Shown: positions 18,428 through 25,910 of the stretch, piece by piece
Layout: each line of letters begins with the position of its first letter
Position numbering within the stretch: the stretch's first letter is position 1
Assembly (NCBI GenBank): GCA_964446265.1
Contig: CAYUNV010000002.1
Location: forward strand, 594 to 34,254
DNA length: 33,661 nt
Reading direction: 5' to 3'
Source of the DNA: an uncultured Negativicutes bacterium
Lineage (GTDB): Bacteria > Bacillota > Negativicutes > CTSoil-072
The notes under the pieces: model-generated
Databases searched by the model: none
The model's input: only the letters and a program-made list of their open reading frames with translations
What the model was told of the DNA's origin: nothing
Translations under genes and position numbers: made by a program

Positions 18428-19699
18428 TTACGGTAAAGGATTGGGCGCCGATGTTGACGCTACTTTATCAAACTTCAGTTCCTCGCCTTCGTACGCTTTA
18501 ACAGCTCCGGAGGCAATGATTTTTTCCGCGTTCTCTTCTGAATAGCCATATTGTTTCAAGTATTTGCGGGTATCGTAACCGATCGGCTTGGAAACCCATA
18601 GTCCCGGATCCCCAACGCTCTTCAGTCGGATCGGCGTTGTCGGTACGACCCGTTCCCCATAATTGTCATATTGCACGCGCCGCAAAATATCATTGGCGTA
18701 GGCTTCCTCATCGGCCAGTACATCGTCGATGGTAAAGGCTTTTTGATACGGAGTTCCGGTTGCTTCGAAAATCTCCACCCATTCGTCATAGTTCTTTTTG
18801 GCAAACGCTTTTTCAAACGCTTCAATGACATAACCGTTCGTTTTATTCGCCGTCAACTGTTCCAGAGTGTTGTATTCTTCTTTGCCCTTCAGGTCTTCAA
18901 TGCCAAAGGCCTCAACCATCTGGTTAAAACAGTCGTTGTAGAGCGTTTGACAAATCAGGAACCAGACCCCATCTTTCGATTTGTAGCAATTGTTCGAAGG
19001 CATGGTTACCCATTTTCTTGATCTTGGGTAAGCAGCTCCGGACTGGCGGGATACGATCGCATGCTGCATAGCCCAGCAAGCAACATGGTACAGGTTCACA
19101 ACGACCTTATCGCCCAGGCCGGTTTTCCCTTTTCTAACCAATGCAGCCAGAATACCTGCACTCAGGAAACCACTTGCATTCCAATCTCCGAAAGCAGCCG
19201 GCACATTGACGGGGCTTTCACCGATTTGCGGGAAAGCGGTCAATATCCCGCCGCGGGCGGAATAAGCCGTGGCATCATAGCCTTTGGAATCCTTTTCCGG
19301 CCCTCTTTCACCGTAGCCCCGCATGTGCGCATAAACCAGGTGCGGAAACTTTTTACTAATCGTATTGTAATCAAGACCTAGTTTTTCCAATGCTTTATCG
19401 CGGTAGTTGGTCACCATGACATCGGCAGTTGCCAATAGTTTATACACAAATTCGATACCATCTTTGTTTTTTAGGTTAACACTCAACCAATTTTTCCCAA
19501 GGCTGGGCATATCGAAAGCGGGGTCTTCAATATCATCGCGCAGCATACCGTAACCAGGCCCTTGGGTACGCATTTCGTCACCGCCAAAAGGCTCTATCTT
19601 GATAATCTCAGCGCCCATTTCAGCAAGAATTCTCGGGCACGCCGGCGCAGCTACGAAAGAAGCCAGTTCAACAACTTTGATCCCTTCTAATCCTTTCAA
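18428..19699 (-). CDS. Family III CoA-transferase (CaiB/BaiF/Frc family)
   Basis: 423 aa with a TTG start and an AAGGGAG SD 8 nt upstream. The N-terminal GIKVVELASFVAAPACPRILAEMGAEIIKIEP is the family-III signature. Confidence 0.9.
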   Translation of the reverse strand: MKGLEGIKVVELASFVAAPACPRILAEMGAEIIKIEPFGGDEMRTQGPGYGMLRDDIEDPAFDMPSLGKNWLSVNLKNKDGIEFVYKLLATADVMVTNYRDKALEKLGLDYNTISKKFPHLVYAHMRGYGERGPEKDSKGYDATAYSARGGILTAFPQIGESPVNVPAAFGDWNASGFLSAGILAALVRKGKTGLGDKVVVNLYHVACWAMQHAIVSRQSGAAYPRSRKWVTMPSNNCYKSKDGVWFLICQTLYNDCFNQMVEAFGIEDLKGKEEYNTLEQLTANKTNGYVIEAFEKAFAKKNYDEWVEIFEATGTPYQKAFTIDDVLADEEAYANDILRRVQYDNYGERVVPTTPIRLKSVGDPGLWVSKPIGYDTRKYLKQYGYSEENAEKIIASGAVKAYEGEELKFDKVASTSAPNPLP

Positions 19700-19849
19700 A
19701 GAAAAAACTCCCTTCTTAACTTTAGACTGTCAACTATCCGAGTCGGCCGCCTCTGTCACGAGGTCGGCCGCTCGCATTACACGCTAACCGGGTAGCTGCC
19801 ACAGTAAAATCCGGACACCCCAGCCAGCGGATAGTCCTATTCGGATGCA

Positions 19850-21100
19850 TTAGTGTTGGTCAATCTGCCTGATCTTGGCAAAGAACAGGATGATCGCTCC
19901 CAAAATCGCCATGGATGATCCCAAGAACAAAGCATAGTTATAACCGAAACTGTCAACCACTATACCTGTAAGCAGTGGAGCCGATATACCGGCCATCGTG
20001 CCGATCGTGCCATACATACCAACGATAGTACCAGCATTTTTTGGGGCGAATACCATTGGGATAGAGAAAAATCCGCCTTGAGTCAGTGTTAACAAACCCA
20101 TGGAAGTGGCAATCAGTATAATCGCTACGATCGCATCCGGAGCCTGGGCACCGAAAATCAGCGCAATACCACCGATGACTAAACCAATAACCGGGAAAAG
20201 TTTCCGTCCGATATTCTGGCCATATTTCTTGGAGGCCCAGTCAGCCAGCACTCCACCCAACGGATAAGTAATCATGGCCACGCCATATGGGATCATTGTC
20301 ATGTATCCGCTTTTCACCAAGGTAAAGCCACGGCCTACAGCAAGGTAAGTGGGCAGCCAAGTTAACAGCAAGTAAAACACGTAGTTGTAACAGAAGTAAG
20401 CAATAATCGCTCCCCACACAGAAGGAACAGAGAAGATCTGCCCGGAAGTGAAGCTCGGAGCATTATTGGATCCAGCTGTTGCTCCCTGCCCAGATTGAAT
20501 ATACTGCAATTCTTCCTTGCTTACCCCCGGATGCAGTTCCGGACGGTCTTTGCCCAGCCAAACCCAGAAAATGCACCAAATAGGGCCGAGGACGGCAAAG
20601 AGATAGAATACAGTCTGCCAGTTGTAATTCTGAATGAGATGCACACCGATGAGCATTGTAAGAACAACACCGGCCGGAACCCCAACAAGCGTCATCCCCT
20701 GGGCTTTCCCAGCTTCGTTTTTCGGTACCCATCGAGATACTAAAGCCGAAGTAGAAGGCAAGGTAACACCTTGTCCTATACCAACTATTGCGCGCATAAA
20801 CATCAGGGATCCAATGGTTCCTGCGCCGATAGGGGTTAGGAAGGTAAACAAAGACCAGAGCAACGTTCCAGCGACAATTACTTTCGTGGCGCCAAATTTG
20901 TCAGCCAACCAACCGGCCGGATACATGGTCAGTGCATAACCAATAAAAAACGCGGTAGAAACCAAACCAAACTGGGTTCCTGTCCAGTGAAATTCTTTCA
21001 TCATGACGGGACCGGCAATGGATATACTGGCCCTGCCTAAATACACAAAAGTGAAGCAGACCACTAACAGGAATACTATTTGCCAACGTTTATTTGTCAT
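19850..21100 (-). CDS. MFS permease, anion:cation symporter (ACS) type, copy 2
   Basis: 416 aa with an ACGGAGGAAG SD. It has LADKFGATKV and TWLPTYL, and is paralogous to 12088..13383. Confidence 0.85.
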   Translation of the reverse strand: MTNKRWQIVFLLVVCFTFVYLGRASISIAGPVMMKEFHWTGTQFGLVSTAFFIGYALTMYPAGWLADKFGATKVIVAGTLLWSLFTFLTPIGAGTIGSLMFMRAIVGIGQGVTLPSTSALVSRWVPKNEAGKAQGMTLVGVPAGVVLTMLIGVHLIQNYNWQTVFYLFAVLGPIWCIFWVWLGKDRPELHPGVSKEELQYIQSGQGATAGSNNAPSFTSGQIFSVPSVWGAIIAYFCYNYVFYLLLTWLPTYLAVGRGFTLVKSGYMTMIPYGVAMITYPLGGVLADWASKKYGQNIGRKLFPVIGLVIGGIALIFGAQAPDAIVAIILIATSMGLLTLTQGGFFSIPMVFAPKNAGTIVGMYGTIGTMAGISAPLLTGIVVDSFGYNYALFLGSSMAILGAIILFFAKIRQIDQH

Positions 21101-21191
21101 AAATCTTCCTCCGTTATATTAAAACTCTTCTAACAACCATTCCAACCCAGAGCCGTGACCAACTTTCTACCTTCAAGCAAGCTAACTGTTT

Positions 21192-21716
21192 CTAGGATTT
21201 GAAATAGTCCTGCATCTTTTCCAGAGGAACCCCCAGCAACCCCTTTGCTTTTATGTATAAATATATAATGAAACCTCGCTTACAGCGGAATAAACACTCC
21301 TCGCAAATAGCCCTGTCACAATACACATAGGCATCCTCATCAGACAAAGGGAATACCAAAGGCGGCCGTTTCTTTTCCGTAACATATTTGATGTAGCTAC
21401 CGGTAAAGGTCTTAAGCAATATCCATTCCGGCCTATTCTCCGGCTGTACTGTTTCCCAAAATACCTGTACGGCACTCTGGTTGAAACCGCCAACGATTTT
21501 ATAATCGACATGAATTTCAGGTGAAACATCTTCAAGTTGCAAAGGCTTCAAGCGCTCCATGGGCACATCGCAACAGACCGGCGCATGAACGGGCGTATCG
21601 TAGCCTAAAACTTGATACAACCGGGCACAATGATTGCAACGATAGATAACGACATCAGGGCACTCCGGCCAAGGCTTTCTGCCTGCCCTGCTTCTTAACG
21701 GTCCGAACTCCGGCAA
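21192..21716 (-). CDS. Cys-rich protein with an N-terminal desulforedoxin-like (CxxC...CC) domain; function unknown
   Basis: 174 aa with a TTG start and GGAGG 9 nt upstream. YRCNHCARLYQVLGYDTPVHAPVCCDVPM matches the Cys-X2-Cys...Cys-Cys pattern of desulforedoxin and the desulfoferrodoxin N-domain. The C-terminal part lacks the His ligands of superoxide reductase and instead carries CDRAICEECLFRC. Confidence 0.6.
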   Translation of the reverse strand: MPEFGPLRSRAGRKPWPECPDVVIYRCNHCARLYQVLGYDTPVHAPVCCDVPMERLKPLQLEDVSPEIHVDYKIVGGFNQSAVQVFWETVQPENRPEWILLKTFTGSYIKYVTEKKRPPLVFPLSDEDAYVYCDRAICEECLFRCKRGFIIYLYIKAKGLLGVPLEKMQDYFKS

Positions 21717-21916
21717 AATTCCAGTCCTCCCAGTACATTCTTAACCTGAAGCCAGTAGCCTATCTGCAACCCCTGTTTCCGTTCCGGGAGCATCGATCTC
21801 CGGTCTTCATAAGCTCCTTCAACAAGGACCGCATTAGCTGATTTTTTTCAGAACATCCTAATATATTGGCAATATTTCGATAACTTAGTTTACTAGCAGT
21901 TTCAATTTCGTATGGA

Positions 21917-21957
21917 TTAAAAAGATAGGGCCACCAGCTGCAAGTTGATGACCCTAT
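21917..21957 (-). terminator. Intrinsic terminator after acyl-CoA dehydrogenase copy 2
   Basis: A 12-bp stem forms between 21957-21946 and 21936-21925. It is fully paired only on the minus-strand RNA, with 2 G-U pairs. CUUUUUAAUC follows. Confidence 0.6.
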
Positions 21958-21969
21958 ACTGTTTTCAAA

Positions 21970-23154
21970 TTACCAGAGATACTCTAAGACACCGCCGTGT
22001 TTGATCGTCTCGCGGGAAATGGTAATCCGCTGTACGGTAGGCGTACCTTCTTCAAGCCACATCGCACGAACGTCGCGATACAAGCGCTCGGTCGGACCAT
22101 ACGGACAATCTTCGAAGTAGCCTACGCCGCCGAAAATCTCCAGCATTTCATCACTAACCAGTTTGGTCGCATGGATACTGAATAATTTGCACATTGCGGC
22201 TTTTTCTTCGATGTATTCGCCGTGCGGATCTTTTTCGTAGTCCTTTGCGAAGTCATACACCATGGTGCGAAGAGCATGGGTATATGTAGACATATCGGCA
22301 ATCTTCATTCTGATCGCTTGACGCTCAATGATCGGTTTTCCGAAAGTTACACGGTCATGGGCGCGTTTGAGGGAGATTTCCAGCATCCGTTGGCACATAC
22401 CGAGGTTGCTGGCTGCAATATGAACACGGGAAACGGACAGGGAGTGAATAGAAATATGCAGTCCGTCACCCTCTTTGCCGAGCAAATATTTCTTCGAAAC
22501 TCTCATGTTTGTGAACTTTAATCCGGTATGGCCTGATCCACGGCAGCCCATCATATGAGGCATCGGAGTCAGTTCATAACCAGGGGTGCTGGCAGGAACC
22601 ATGAACGTGGAGAGGCGGCGATCTTTCGGAGCGTCCGGATCAGTAACACAGGTAATATAAGAATAGTTGCTGCAGTCAGTATGCGAGATCAGGTATTTTT
22701 CCCCGTTGATGATATAATCATCGCCATCTTTTACTGCAAGAGTATGCAAGTCAGCGCCGGTTCCGCCGCTTTCCTCGGTAACAGCCCAGTTCGTGAAAAC
22801 GGTTCTGTCTTGGAAACCAGGCATTAATTCTTTCTTGAGCTCTTCACTGCCGAAGTCGTACAGCGGGCGCCAGTTCAAGTCCATGGCATAGTGGAGATGC
22901 ATCCGCATGCCGCCAGGCCCACGGCTGAATTCTTCCTGCAGTCTCAGAATTTGAGTTTCGCTAAGGTCCCAACCGCCGTATTCAACCGGCAGGGGAGCGC
23001 GATACAGATTGTTCTTGATGCACAACTGATAAAATTCCTCCGGAAACACATTCGTGTCTTCGATAGCTTTTTGCATCTCATCAAGAGTGCCCTCTGTAAA
23101 TTCCCTGATCTGTTTAAGATACGCCTCAAATTCTTGGTCGGTGATTTTTGCCAT
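21970..23154 (-). CDS. Acyl-CoA dehydrogenase family protein, copy 2 (divergent)
   Basis: 394 aa with an AAGGGGGA SD. It has an ACAD fold (WAVTEESGGTGADL, DDYIINGEKYLIS, C-terminal LEEGTPTVQR). It appears to have its own promoter and terminator. Confidence 0.85.
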   Translation of the reverse strand: MAKITDQEFEAYLKQIREFTEGTLDEMQKAIEDTNVFPEEFYQLCIKNNLYRAPLPVEYGGWDLSETQILRLQEEFSRGPGGMRMHLHYAMDLNWRPLYDFGSEELKKELMPGFQDRTVFTNWAVTEESGGTGADLHTLAVKDGDDYIINGEKYLISHTDCSNYSYITCVTDPDAPKDRRLSTFMVPASTPGYELTPMPHMMGCRGSGHTGLKFTNMRVSKKYLLGKEGDGLHISIHSLSVSRVHIAASNLGMCQRMLEISLKRAHDRVTFGKPIIERQAIRMKIADMSTYTHALRTMVYDFAKDYEKDPHGEYIEEKAAMCKLFSIHATKLVSDEMLEIFGGVGYFEDCPYGPTERLYRDVRAMWLEEGTPTVQRITISRETIKHGGVLEYLW

Positions 23155-23196
23155 TTTGTTTCCCCCTTGTTATTTTTATAACTATTGGATGATTTG

Positions 23197-23255
23197 ATTA
23201 TATGTGCTTTTCTTATCAGCGTCTAATTGATAAATATTGCATGGTTTTATCAATT
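23197..23255 (-). promoter_or_regulatory. Candidate LysR-dependent promoter of ACAD copy 2 (-10 TATAAT, poor -35, overlapping inverted repeat)
   Basis: The minus strand has TATAAT at 23202-23197 and a weak -35 (TTAGAC/TAGACG). The perfect inverted repeat AATTGATAA (23225-23233), 13 nt, TTATCAATT (23247-23255) abuts the -35. Confidence 0.45.
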
Positions 23256-23400
23256 CATAGATAAATTTCATCGATTATTTGTAATTGGGCAAATTTTTAG
23301 TCATTTTATCTATGAAACATCTTTACAATAATTAAGAACGCAACAACCATTAGAGAGCACAACAACTTAAACATCAACAAAATGGCCATTTAGCAAGGAC

Positions 23401-23442
23401 AACAAAAACCTCCCCCATAGAATTGCTTCTACAGAAGAGGTC
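23401..23442 (-). terminator. Intrinsic terminator after the LysR gene
   Basis: A 16-bp stem forms between 23442-23427 and 23422-23407 with a 4-nt loop. It is completely paired only as minus-strand RNA (six G-U pairs, which are C-A or A-C mismatches on the plus strand). UUUGUUGU follows. Confidence 0.6.
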
Positions 23443-23541
23443 TTTTTTCACTATTAATTGAATTTATGTCTACAATGAAGTTATAGTCTATTTATATAGT
23501 TTATTTCTATAGATTCCGTTTTCTTTACGAAAAACGAAAAT

Positions 23542-24465
23542 TTACCGGCAATAGACAGCCTTTATGATATCTTTGCTGTAATTGAGGACATAGTTTTTCA
23601 CTTGCCGGACGGCCATAGATTCATGCCTGTTTTTCATATGGCCAAGATAAATCATTCTTGTATAGACAGGATTTCTTATTGGCAATACCTTCAAAGGAAA
23701 ATTATGAAAGATAGGACTGTCGGGAGCAATTGCAATTCCTACATTGGCAACAACCAGTCCAGACATGGAAATTTCATTTTCCACTTCACAGGCAACCTTG
23801 GGAATGAGATTGACCTTTAAAAACAAGCGGTTGATCTCTTGCTTCAAACCCGGTTTATCGGAATAATGGATCAGTTTATAGGGCTCCAGTTCTTTCAAGT
23901 CAACACTTTCTTGCGAAGCAAGCGGAGAATCATAGGGCAAAATCGCCACTAGCTTCTGTTCACCGAGTGGTATGAATTCCACATCCGTATCTTTCGGTAT
24001 GAGAGAAACGAAAATTAAATCCAGGTTCCCGGCCTTTAGATCCCTCACTAAACCGTGGGTACATTCATTGAGTGTAGTGCCTTCCCGCAGAAGGAACTCT
24101 ACATTTAAATTTTGGTTATCTTTTTTAAACTGCCCGACTAGATTGGGAATAAAATGGGCGCTGAGAGTATAAATAAAGCCGATATTGATTTTCCCTTCAG
24201 TATCAGCCGAGAACTCCCTTACCTTATTAATACCAGTTTCTATTTCAGATAATGCTTTTTCCACATAAGTCAGAAACACCCGGCCTTGCTCTGTCAGCAC
24301 TATATTGCGCCCTTGTTTTTCAAATAAAGGAACGCCAATCTCACTTTCCAAAGCAGAAATTGAATGACTCAGGCTTGGCTGCGTTATACAAAGATTCGTG
24401 GCGGCTTTTGTGCAATGTTGCAATTTGGCGAGAGTTCTAAAATAGTTTAACTGGTAAAGATTCAT
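23542..24465 (-). CDS. LysR-family transcriptional regulator
   Basis: 307 aa. The N-terminal wHTH is MNLYQLNYFRTLAKLQHCTKAATNLCITQPSLSHSISALESEIGVPLFEKQGRN, followed by a periplasmic-binding-protein-like effector domain. AAAGGAGAGG SD is present. Confidence 0.9.
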   Translation of the reverse strand: MNLYQLNYFRTLAKLQHCTKAATNLCITQPSLSHSISALESEIGVPLFEKQGRNIVLTEQGRVFLTYVEKALSEIETGINKVREFSADTEGKINIGFIYTLSAHFIPNLVGQFKKDNQNLNVEFLLREGTTLNECTHGLVRDLKAGNLDLIFVSLIPKDTDVEFIPLGEQKLVAILPYDSPLASQESVDLKELEPYKLIHYSDKPGLKQEINRLFLKVNLIPKVACEVENEISMSGLVVANVGIAIAPDSPIFHNFPLKVLPIRNPVYTRMIYLGHMKNRHESMAVRQVKNYVLNYSKDIIKAVYCR

Positions 24466-24549
24466 GCGCCTCTCCTTTAATCAATTAATATTCATTGATC
24501 TACTTTACCAAGGTGACAGAAACGACTGACTATTTATACTCTTTGTGAA

Positions 24550-24579
24550 ATTATATCCCATCTCGATTTGCTCCGTCAA
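24550..24579 (-). promoter_or_regulatory. Candidate sigma-A promoter of the LysR gene
   Basis: The minus strand reads TTGACG (24579-24574), an 18-nt spacer, then TATAAT (24555-24550). The palindrome ATCAAT-N8-ATTGAT (24480-24499) lies in the predicted 5' UTR. Confidence 0.6.
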
Positions 24580-24728
24580 GATTGTTAATTAAAAGTCTGT
24601 GTTAATTGAAAATCATATTTCTATCTGAAATCGACAGGATCAGAACATTTCAAGACTCCCATTAATGCATCATTCATCATAGTTTTGAACCTGCTGCAAA
24701 ATGTTTTGAAAAAACTGCAAACTAAATG

Positions 24729-25682
24729 CTAAAACATATGGCTAAACATCAACTGAATAGACGAGTGATTCATATTGGTTAAATATTGCTGATTATCTTT
24801 ATACATTAAATCCATCCTGTTCTCAGCACCGAAACTATGCGCAAAACCGTAATAATACCCTTTTTCGTTATGTTCAAAAGCAGTTTTCTCGTTCATATCA
24901 GCATTGGGTTCGGTTTTGTGAGTAATAACATAAAACTGATTAGACGGATCAAGTCGGTAACAGGCACCCAAATTATGAGCAGTCATATCGGTCTTGGATG
25001 GCGCTTGAGAATGTTCGGCATACAGGAAGAATTTGTTGACTTCATAAGAACTATAAATAGCGTAATAATTGACATCCGGCTTCAAATCGGCAAAATCATA
25101 CCTAGCTAAGGTACCGCCCGCAACCAGCCGCGGCGAGTACTGATGCAAATAGGTAATGCTATAGATGCGATTATCCGCTACCTCTTTGTTATCTTCCTGG
25201 GCCACAATCACCTTGAGATAATTGCCTCTTTTATTCGTCTCCATGGAAATGCCATCTACAAAAGAATACCGTCCTATCGATTTGGTATTATCATAAAGCA
25301 GCCCTGTAACCCCAACCATAGCGCCTTGGCGTCCAAGTTTATACGTATACCCTGCATTGGAATACATCAGACAAAATTGATCCAGTTGGGCAACGAATTT
25401 CCGCTGGCGTTGATAATCTGCAAAATCACGGCCAAAATCTTTTTTGGATAAAAACTGTATTCCGAAACGAACATACACAGAAACGTGCTCATTGATGGGA
25501 ACATTGTACCCCACAGCTATCGTATTGATAAAACCTGAACCGGATTTTTTCGGCTCAATGTCATTCTTATCATCGCGATATTTCAATGTTTCAACACCGT
25601 CTAGGATTGGCGTTCCGGCTTGTGCAACGCCTGCTAGCAAGAAGAGAATTGGCAGCAGTATGATTAGAAAAAGGTATCTCAC
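24729..25682 (-). CDS. Putative outer-membrane beta-barrel (porin-like) protein
   Basis: ORF 24729..25766. The start was moved to GTG 25682 (GAGGGGG 7 nt upstream), giving the signal peptide (M)RYLFLIILLPILFLLAGVAQA/GT. Alternating aromatic and polar strands run throughout, rich in Y, G and N, and the C-terminus ...IQLMFSHMF ends in Phe as in OMP barrels. Confidence 0.6.
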   Translation of the reverse strand: MRYLFLIILLPILFLLAGVAQAGTPILDGVETLKYRDDKNDIEPKKSGSGFINTIAVGYNVPINEHVSVYVRFGIQFLSKKDFGRDFADYQRQRKFVAQLDQFCLMYSNAGYTYKLGRQGAMVGVTGLLYDNTKSIGRYSFVDGISMETNKRGNYLKVIVAQEDNKEVADNRIYSITYLHQYSPRLVAGGTLARYDFADLKPDVNYYAIYSSYEVNKFFLYAEHSQAPSKTDMTAHNLGACYRLDPSNQFYVITHKTEPNADMNEKTAFEHNEKGYYYGFAHSFGAENRMDLMYKDNQQYLTNMNHSSIQLMFSHMF

Positions 25683-25771
25683 TGATATACCCCCTCTCAA
25701 CATCATCGGCTGGACAGACAACTCTGTTAAAGATCTCGTCCTTGCATGCATCAATACTGCCGGCAAGACGC

Positions 25772-25799
25772 AAAAACCGACCTAACAAGGTCGGTTTTT
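25772..25799. terminator. Symmetric (bidirectional-type) terminator hairpin between htpX and the barrel gene
   Basis: AAAAACCGACC (25772-25782), loop TAACAA, GGTCGGTTTTT (25789-25799). The stem is flanked by an A-run and a T-run. A second 11-bp hairpin lies at 25851-25886. Confidence 0.6.
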
Positions 25800-25910
25800 G
25801 CCAATAATCAATCGCGAAAAACGTCCAACTACAGTTTTATATTACCAACCCCGTTCATGCTGTTAATTCTATTATAGCATGAACGGTTTTTACTCCCACA
25901 GAGTTTCTTA

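Noticed and set aside
25683-25766. N-terminal extensions given by the ORF track, for example MPAVLMHARTRSLTELSVQPMMLRGGIS on the barrel protein. Similar extensions occur on PFOR, MFS1, DUF362, FixX, ACAD1, udk, the SAF subunit and methyltransferase M1.
   Set aside because: The track takes the longest ORF, including TTG and GTG codons. In each case an internal start has a properly spaced GGAGG-like SD and restores the canonical N-terminus (signal peptide, P-loop and so on).
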